NCBI GenBank assembly: GCA_951406725.2
Contig: OX597817.1
Location: 153,388,001 to 153,452,000, forward strand
Direction: 5' to 3'
Origin: Octopus vulgaris
Taxonomy: Eukaryota
Length of the DNA: 64,000 nucleotides
The position numbers were made by a program, and so were the translations under genes. Under the pieces are notes generated by a model that was given only the letters and a program-made list of their open reading frames with translations, had not been told where the DNA came from and searched no databases. Numbering within the stretch: the stretch's first letter is position 1; every line of letters begins with the position of its first letter. Positions 56,138-64,000 of the stretch are shown piece by piece.

Positions 56138-56184
56138 GTCACATTGTAATATGGATACATAAACTGTATACGTAAACAAGTGCC

Positions 56185-56815
56185 TGTCCAACAGTGATTG
56201 CATCATCCATACTCTCAACAATGCGCCCTTAAATATGGTTTCTGATTATAAATATCTTGGGTCATACATATCATCATATGGAAAAGACTTTCTAACTAGA
56301 AAGGGTATGGCCTGGTCAGCCTGTAGTGACATGCATAAGATCTGGTCATCAAATCTAAGTAGAGACTTCAAACTTGAAATCTTCAAAGCCACAGTCGAAC
56401 CAATTCTACTATATAGCTCAGAAACCTGGACGTTATCAAAGAAGCTTGAGAGGCGGTTGGATGGAACCTACACTCACCTCCTTATGAGAGCTCAAAATCT
56501 CTCGTGGAGGCGCCATCCAACCAAAATGCAAATATATGAGAAACTACCACCTGTGTCATCTCTTGTGAAAGGTAAGAGAGTCCAGTCTGCTGGACATTGT
56601 TGTAGAGCTGAAAAAGAAGTAATTTCTACTCTTCTTCTCTGGAAGCCATCTACTCGCAATACCAGAGGGCGCACACTCTCCTACCCTGATGTAATCTCCA
56701 GGGATACAGGCATCCAGCAACAGGACCTCCGTAATGCCATGATGGACAGTGAAGTCTGGCGTAACATAGTAAATTCCATTGTCTCGACCACGGTCGAACA
56801 ATGATGATGATGATG
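56185..56815 (+). mobile_element. 5'-truncated RTE-clade LINE (end of RT and C-terminus) with (TGA)n tail
   Basis: ORF 56235-56804: YKYLGS, PILLYSSETW, AGHCCR, MDSEVWR; the stop is followed by TGATGATG. Confidence 0.9.
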
Positions 56816-56997
56816 TAACATGGATCCTAGTTGCCTTGGTTCGTTAGGATGGCTTTACTCGGAATGTCTTACTTTTTTAAAGTAAGACATTCGATCTTGT
56901 ACGAGAGTAAGCGATTCAATGCACCACAAGAACACTATTATTGATATATATAATAAAAGTTACTCATATGATTATATGTTTTATTTGTTTCCAGTCG

Positions 56998-57168
56998 GGC
57001 GCAGGAGTGGCTGTGTGGTAAGTAGCTTACTTAACAACCACATGGTTCCAGGTTCAGTCCCACTGCGTGACACCTTGGGCAAGTGTCTTCTACTATAGCC
57101 TCGAGCCGACCAAAGCCTTGTGAGTGGATTTGGTAGACGGAAACTGAAAGAAGCCTGTCGTATATATG

Positions 57169-57206
<38 letters not shown>

Positions 57207-57423
57207 AGTGTGTTTGTATGTCTGTGTTTGTCCCCACAACATCACTTGACAACCGATGCTGGTGTGTTTACGTCCCCGGAACTTAGCAATTCGGCAAAAG
57301 AGACCGATAGAATAAGTACTAGGCTTACAAAGAATAAGTCCTGGGGTCCATTTGCTCGACTAAAGGCGGTGCTGCAGCATGGCCGCAGTCAAATGACTGA
57401 AACAAGTAAAAGAGTAAAGAGTC
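56998..57423 (+). mobile_element. SINE family B, full length
   Basis: Matches the 25181 copy. Confidence 0.93.
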
Positions 57424-57712
57424 ATTGGACTGTGAAATCACCTTGAAGGTTTTAGTCGAATCGACCAACCTTTGAACTTATTTTTAAGTTTGATGCTTAC
57501 TTGCTTATTCCACCATTGTATTTGCTGAACAACTGAGTTATAAGGTAAAGTGTACTAGCCTCTGAATGTGGCTAGCCACTGGGGGTGGGTGTTACTGACG
57601 CTTTATAGCCCCAGGAAATCGTCGTCTCCAGCTGGCCTTAGACACATTTTCCCTGTGTCCTTTTGATATTTGCAAGGGGAGGTCATCACCCTCTCGAAAA
57701 CCTAAGGATGAT

Positions 57713-57757
57713 CATACGGACTATAGTTTCGAGGTTTTTGCCTCTCGTCAACGTATG
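57713..57757 (-). ncRNA. Type I hammerhead ribozyme motif, near canonical
   Basis: CATACG-TTGACGA-GAGG-CAAAAA-CCTC-GAAA-CTATAG-TC-CGTATG: 6-bp stem I, 4-bp stem II, palindromic short stem III and GUC site. Only C3 is changed, to U. Confidence 0.8.
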
Positions 57758-58044
57758 GTAAACACCGGTTTTCGATTAAGGAGACCCGTTTGCAAAATCT
57801 ATTTAATGTTTTTCCCAGCAACCATAGTCACTGGAGATTTATTAATGAGTTATAAGGACAACCCAGGAAAGAATATTTCAAATTTCTGATTAAAAAAACT
57901 ACTATTTCATTTTTACGTCTCGATGCACTGGAAGGCCTAATTCGCCGATTGAGCATATGTCTCAATTTTTTGTGATTAGTTATTGTTATATAGCAATACT
58001 ACACAGTGGCTGTGTGAGCTAGGAAATCCTCGTCACCACTGTCA

Positions 58045-58279
58045 CGTCGCACGTTCGAATGACCTCTATTTAACCTCACTCTACTACTCTTCTCTACTCT
58101 CTGTTCTACCGACGTCTAGGCTTTTCCCTCTGTATCTACGTATTGGGCTAGCCTACTTCATCGTCTGGGGGCGTCCAGACAACAGTATGTATGTACGTAT
58201 GTATGTATGTATGTATGTATGTATGTATGTATGTATGTATGTATGTATGTATGTGTGTGTGTGTGCGCGTGCGTGTGTG

Positions 58280-58311
<32 letters not shown>

Positions 58312-58463
58312 TGTATGTATGTATGTATGTATGTATGTCGCACGTTCGGATGCCTCTACTACTCTGCTCTCCGACTGCTACTCTCCTCTGACGTCTAGGC
58401 TTCTCCCTCTATATCTACGTATTGGGTTAGCTTACTTCATCGTCTGGGGGCGTCCACACAACA
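58045..58463 (+). repeat. Two ~130-140-bp direct repeats (LTR-like) separated by (TATG)n
   Basis: Copies 58045-58184 and 58336-58463 share GTCGCACGTTCG..GACGTCTAGGCTT..TACTTCATCGTCTGGGGGCGTCCA.ACAACA. Confidence 0.85.
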
Positions 58464-58776
58464 GTTATTAATTCTGAAAGACTATCGCAAACAGTTGTTA
58501 ACTCTTTGTATAAGCCTTTGCTGCACAACTGTGAGACTCTTCTAAATCCGAACTAAGATGTCATCTATCCAGTATCTTTTCCTTCGACTTCTCCTCTCAT
58601 AGTGGGTACCTCACGTTGGTGGATCTTTTTACAATGTTAGTGCAGATAATAAAAATGGTTCTTTACGGAACCACTCATTACTTTTTTTATGTTCAAACCG
58701 ACTGATTCATACAAACTTTCAACATCGCCAGAGCCATAGCTCCAAAGCCTTAGGCGTTAGTTTAATTTCTTTAGAG

Positions 58777-59427
58777 CAGGGATGGGCAACTTTTCGTCAA
58801 CTGGGGACCGCATCGCACCATTTCCAAGCGGGACAGGACCACATGATAAAATACATATGCATGAAGTATTAGGGTTAGGGCTAGGGTTAGGCCACTTTAC
58901 ACTGAATTTCTTAATTCTATTTGTCTTAGTGTGAAAGTTTACATTAAGCTGGCATCTCTTTCATTTAATGATGATTACTAGTTTAAAGGCGGCGAGCTGG
59001 CAGAAACGTTAGCACGCCGGGCGAAATGCGTAGCTGTATTTCGTCTGCCGTTACGTTCTGAGTTCAAATTCCGCCGAGGTCGACTTTGCCTTTCATCCTT
59101 TCGAGGGTCGATAAATTAAATACTAGTTACGCACTGGGGTCGATGTGATCGACTTAATCCGTTTGTCTGTCCTTGTTTGTCTCCTCTATGTTTAGCCCAT
59201 TGCGGGTACTAAAGAAACAGATGGTTACTAGTTTAAATAAATTATAGTTTAAAATATTGAGTTATAGAAAAAAGAACAAGGAAGTTCATTGATATTTTAT
59301 TAAAGAACAAATTTCATTATCTGTATCAATGAGATTTTTGCGCATTCACATTCTTTACCATATTTTAGGTCATGCTGCAAATTAGTAACCTAGAAACTCG
59401 TCAGGAGCTGCAGGTTGCCCATGCATA
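58777..59427. mobile_element. hAT (Charlie-like) MITE containing a nested SINE
   Basis: TIRs CAGGGATGGGCAAC / GTTGCCCATGCATA; 8-bp TSD CTTTAGAG at 58769-58776 and 59428-59435. Confidence 0.85.
58988..59220 (+). mobile_element. SINE family C monomer
   Basis: TSD ATG(A/G)TTACTAGTTTAAA at 58971-58987 and 59221-59237. Confidence 0.93.
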
Positions 59428-59557
59428 CTTTAGAGCACAGCTATGCACAGCAATACTTCATATAACTGATCTGGCTAGTTGTTATTTAATTATATGCTTA
59501 ACTCAGTTGACCTCAATATCGTCGTGAAATACGTATATAATTTGATCGGCTTCGCTT

Positions 59558-59826
59558 TCCGTCGGTTATGACGACAAGTGTTCTAGTTGATACGACCAAC
59601 TGCCTGCTCGTGAAATTAACGTGCGAGTAGATGAGGATTTCACAGACACGCGTAACCTTAACCTAGTTTTCTGGGAGATCCAGTGTGACGCAGTGTGTGA
59701 CAAGACTAGCACTCCGAAATACGGGTGCAACTCATTTTCTCCAGCAACGACAAATATTGTGTTTTGTTCGAGGATGCAACGCATCGCCGGAGATCGAATT
59801 CACAAGACTACGACCACTAAACCACG
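59558..59826 (-). mobile_element. Diverged SINE family A2
   Basis: TCCGTCGGTTA..CTGCTCGTGAAATTAACGTGC..GTGTGACAAG. Confidence 0.72.
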
Positions 59827-59873
59827 TAATTAGAGGATCAGAAACTGCTGCGTTAATCTTAACATTGAGGATA

Positions 59874-60381
59874 CCGTAAAATCCTCGAGTATAGTCCGCC
59901 CTTGAGTATAATACGCAGGGAATTTTTAGGGGGTTATACCTCTGAAAAACCTAAACCTTGTGTATAATACCCCTTCTCTAACTTGAGTCAAGGAGGTCTA
60001 TATAACGTCCTTGGTTTGTAAAAATGTAGACGGTAACGTCCTTTATTATTATTGTACATATAACATAATGCAAACGTAGTTTTTTTGTGCATTTTGTTTG
60101 CAGAAAATAAAGAAATAACAGTAATAACGTTTAATAAATGTTGCTTACTGCAAGTTATGGATGATTCTTTTATGACTTCATTACTTTCAGGCTTAGCTTC
60201 AGGTATTTTCGCGCCCGACATCACAAAATGCGTCTGAATAAACATTGCCGACTGCAAATAGAGATTCGGACATTGCTTAGAAAATATTTTTCATTTTTTA
60301 CCTCGTATATAGTACGCACTAGGGATTTTGACCTTTAAATTTTGGAAAAAAAATATGCGGATTATACTCGAAGATTTACGG
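59874..60381. mobile_element. Complete Tc2-like (Tc1/mariner) MITE
   Basis: TIRs CCGTAAAATCCTCGAGTATAGTCCGC / GCGGATTATACTCGAAGATTTACGG; TA on both sides; subterminal copies of the TIR core. Confidence 0.88.
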
Positions 60382-60603
60382 TAAATACACGTGAGCTGAA
60401 GATGCTGCTGTACTCCATCTTCGAATACAAGAGTTTTATAGATCAACGGGCAATGAAGCAACTCTGGAGGTGTTTGGAGAAAGAAAAGGTGACAGTGCGT
60501 AAATGAACCAATGACTGAAGCACATTTGCGATTGAACATATCAACCACTTAAGCTACACAGCATAAGAAATGTAATCTAGGGTGTACTTGCTGTAACAGC
60601 AAC

Positions 60604-61137
60604 CTGGTGAGACCCATATTGGAGTTCGGCATTCAAGCTTCTTCTCCTTATCTCCTCAAAGACATACATCATCTCGAAAGAGTCCAGAAGCTGGCTACCC
60701 GCATGGTTCTTGGTCTCAAGCATTTGTCTTATGAAGAAAGGCTGAAGACGCTCGACCTTTATTCTCTAGAAAAACGACGATGCCGTGCTGATCTCCTTCT
60801 CGCTCACAACATCATAAGCGGAAAGTGTAACCTCTCGAAAGAGCTGTCCTTCACTCCTGCTCCAGAGCGTCGGCTGCGGGGTCATTCCGAAAAGCTCTAT
60901 CTGCGACGATTTCATCTCAATCGAAGGAGAGGGGGGCTTTCTCCGTCCGGGTTGCGGATACGTGGAATAAGCTGCCAGACGAGATGGTGAAGATGCCGAC
61001 GACCGCTCGGTTCAAAGTCTCTCTTGACCAGAAATGGACTGAGCTCTTTGCATGAACACCCTCCCTGTACATAACTCCATGTCCCCCTACATGGCCTTGC
61101 TTTTTGCTTTTTGAGCCAAAAAATTAACTTAACTTAA
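60604..61137 (+). mobile_element. 5'-truncated CR1/L2-group LINE 3' end
   Basis: LVRPILEF..SPYLLKDIHHLERVQKLATRMV..LSYEERLKTLDLYSLEKRR..DL; then 3' UTR and (AACTT)n tail. Confidence 0.9.
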
Positions 61138-61399
61138 ATATGAAGAGTACCTATCTGGTGATCAACTGTTCAGAGCTATAGTATATTTCCTAACCATAGA
61201 AAAGGAAAGGCAGGGGCGGTGGTGGTCGCGGTGGTGATGAAGCTTGAAGTGGTGCTAGTACTTTTGTGTATTAGTTTTTTAATGTTTAGCTCTAGGTTAA
61301 TCCCAATCTAGGAGAGCTATAAAAAAAAAAGAAAAAACGACATTCCAGGTAAGCCCATCATGACGAACGTGGGCAGGTAGGACTACAAGTTGCATACGT

Positions 61400-61665
61400 C
61401 CGTCTCTATCTCAAACTGAATTTACTATTGTATTCGTTTACTGCATTATTTTTTGGTGCATTTATTGTTGTTCTGGTGGTGGTTGGCGGCGGCGGTGGGT
61501 GGTGGTGGCAGGTCTGTTGTTGTTGTTGTTGTTGTTGTTTTGCTCTGGTGATTTACAATGGAATGTTATAAAAGATTTATGCCTGTTATCCCATGCTGAT
61601 TGCACAAATATATCAACGCCGTCTCTTCCTACTGCATAATCACACATACTGACACACGCATAAGC
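61400..61665 (-). repeat. Copy 2 of the inverted duplicated segment
   Basis: Reverse complement of 55870-56137. Confidence 0.88.
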
Positions 61666-61696
61666 TTTTAGACACACACATACACACACTCACACA

Positions 61697-61738
<42 letters not shown>

Positions 61739-62039
61739 CATGCATACACACACACAAATACATACTAATTCATGCACACACACACACACAAACACACAAA
61801 CACGTACATATACATATACACACGGCCGCAGTGACAGACACACAGGTACTCACATATATCACCAACACGTAATATCTCTCCCACCACCACCACCACCACT
61901 ACCGCCACCTTCACCATCATCGTTTACAATATTGCCCCGCCTCTTGTTTATAATTAACACTGCTACCAAAACACTTATTCACACTGGAGGGAAAAAAATA
62001 AATAAAAAACAACAACAAAATTTTACTGCTGTCACTACT

Positions 62040-62560
62040 ACAATGACTGCAAATGCAATTACATTCTGAACCACTACCAAGCAAAGCATTATCAAACAAA
62101 GCACTACCACACAAACCACTACAACACAAACTAACACCACACAATCTACTGTTAAGCTCTATCACCATCTCTTAACGAAACACCGTGACCACCGCATTAG
62201 TCACTGCATGCACGACTGCGAGAAATCATATTCTAAGCGAAGACAATGCAAACTATTGCAGTTCGAACCGCTACCATATAAGAAACTACCACGCAAACTT
62301 CTACCACGCAGACCATTGCGATACGAACTACTACCACACAAACCACTATTAAGATCTATCACACTAGAATCACAGCAAGCATGACAGCGAGAAATCACAT
62401 TTTAAAAGACTACAACGCAAACTATTGCAACACAAACCGTTACCACACAAAAAGAAGACTACCACAGAAATTACTACCACACAAACTACTACCACACAAA
62501 CTATTGCGATGTGAACTACTACCAAACAAACCATGACAAATTACTATCATCTCTACAGAA
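62040..62560 (+). repeat. Hierarchical tandem repeat (15-bp ACTACCACACAAACC-like units within ~170-185-bp units, x3)
   Basis: GCGAGAAATCA..GCAAACTATTGCA recurs at ~62218 and ~62388; TTAAG.TCTATCAC recurs at ~62151 and ~62349. Confidence 0.75.
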
Positions 62561-62886
62561 GTGAAAGCGCATGGCTTAGTGGTTAGGGCATTCGGCTCAC
62601 TATTGTAAGGTCGTGAGTTCGATTCCCGGCGACGCGTTGTGTCCTTGAGCAAGACACTTTATTTCCCGTTGCTCCATTTCACTCAGCTGGCAAAAATGAG
62701 TAGTACATGTATTTCAAAGAGCCGGTCTTGTCACACTCTGTGTCACGCTGACTCTCCCTGAGAACTACGTTAGGGGTACACGTATCTGTGGATTGCTCAG
62801 TCACTTGCACGTTAAGTTCACGAGCAGGCTGTTCCGTTGATCGTATCAGCTGGGACCCTCGTCGTCGTAACCGACGGAATGCCCCT
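62561..62886 (+). mobile_element. SINE family A2, full length
   Basis: A/B boxes and CORE-like GTGTCCTTGAGCAAGACACTT; 12-bp TSD ATCTCTACAGAA at 62549-62560 and 62887-62898. Confidence 0.93.
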
Positions 62887-63361
62887 ATCTCTACAGAAAC
62901 GCACCAACACATTATTGTCACGCTGAATATCAAAACCGACACGAGGGTAGATTCTACTGAGTCGTTTCTCCAACGAGAAATAGAAGCGAAATTTCTTTCA
63001 AGACTTAAAATCTTAAAATCTTACTGAGTTACAAATATGAAGGACATATTGGTCAATGTAAACTTAGAGCTAGAAAAGGGCTATATGGTCACTCATGAAA
63101 CGTCTTTGGCTGCCCAATCAGAGCTGATTAGTGACTGATAAGCAAAAACAATAACAGCAACATTAGCAACAGGCAGAACTGGCTCTTATGTACCTTGTAT
63201 AGCATTCACTCTGCTGCAAGCATCCAGCCATGTATCCATCGTTGGCTTGATGTAGACAAGGTACATGCAATGTGTAGATTATAGCTGTTTTTTTTTTGTC
63301 TAGCCTGACAGATTCAGCAATCACATAGAATCTCCCTCATTGACACGATCAAATTAAAACA

Positions 63362-63427
<66 letters not shown>

Positions 63428-63467
63428 GTGTGTGTGGGTGGGGTGTGGGTGTGGGGGTGAGTGTATG

Positions 63468-63507
<40 letters not shown>

Positions 63508-63531
63508 TTGAAATTGCACCGAAGACTTTGT

Positions 63532-63572
63532 CTCGCGACTGGAGTTTCACGTCACGGCGATCTTCAGGTGAG
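63532..63572 (-). ncRNA. Degenerate type I hammerhead ribozyme motif in an inverted-repeat remnant
   Basis: CTCAC-CTGAAGA-TCGCCGTGACGT-GAAA-CTCCAG-TC-GCGAG: intact core and GUC site, stem I 4/5 pairs, weak stem II. Confidence 0.55.
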
Positions 63573-64000
63573 TGATGTGAGACGAGTTGTGAGACAAAAT
63601 TCTCAATTTCATTTTTAATACAACACATCCTCAATATGTTTTGAGCGCTCATTTCATTCGTTTAACATAAACCAACGTACGTATACACACACACATTATA
63701 TATACATACAAAGTTAAATAAGGGTAGTAATTGATATTAATCAATTAAAACCAGTGGCTTAGCATATTTAAAAAAATCCGAAGATTAAAAATTGTTTTAC
63801 ACACAAATTTAGAGGACTGACCACTAGAAGTGGACAGCCTATATGCTAAACATAGACGTCAAATCGCCATTCACCACGAAGAATGTGTTCTCAAGAAAAA
63901 TCTCAGCAAAATATCAAAATGTAAAAATAAGAAAGACAAATGAAAATATACGAAATAAGAAACGATTACCTATGTACCATTGGTTTCACTTGTTAATATT

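Noticed and set aside
57568-57662. HDV-like ribozyme (7-bp GGCTAGC/GCTGGCC helix plus hairpin)
   Set aside because: Could not place P2, P3/L3 and P1.1 in the required order.

Overview
Repeat-saturated, AT-rich eukaryotic non-coding DNA. No intact host protein-coding gene, rRNA, tRNA gene or CRISPR array can be supported. The repeat landscape is most consistent with a coleoid cephalopod (Octopus-like); this is an inference from recognition, not a database result. Contents: (i) very dense microsatellites; (ii) about 45 copies of four tRNA-derived SINE types, labelled here A, A2, B and C, many with target-site duplications (TSDs); (iii) decayed LINE fragments: four R4/Dong restriction-like-endonuclease fragments clustered at 18.1-24.8 kb (two sitting exactly inside (TAA)n), plus L1/Tx1, RTE and CR1/L2 fragments; (iv) DNA elements: a Helitron, two Tc2-like MITE copies, a hAT/Charlie MITE and a mariner remnant; (v) LTR-like remnants. 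Almost all ORFs in the track are microsatellite or SINE artefacts. The most notable signals are three type I hammerhead-ribozyme motifs of the Penelope/retrozyme kind (one nearly canonical at 57713-57757, minus strand), head/tail module swapping and multimerisation among the SINEs, a three-part SINE-RTE-SINE chimera, a TRIM-like pair of short direct repeats, and an unexplained ~270-bp inverted duplicate 5.3 kb apart.
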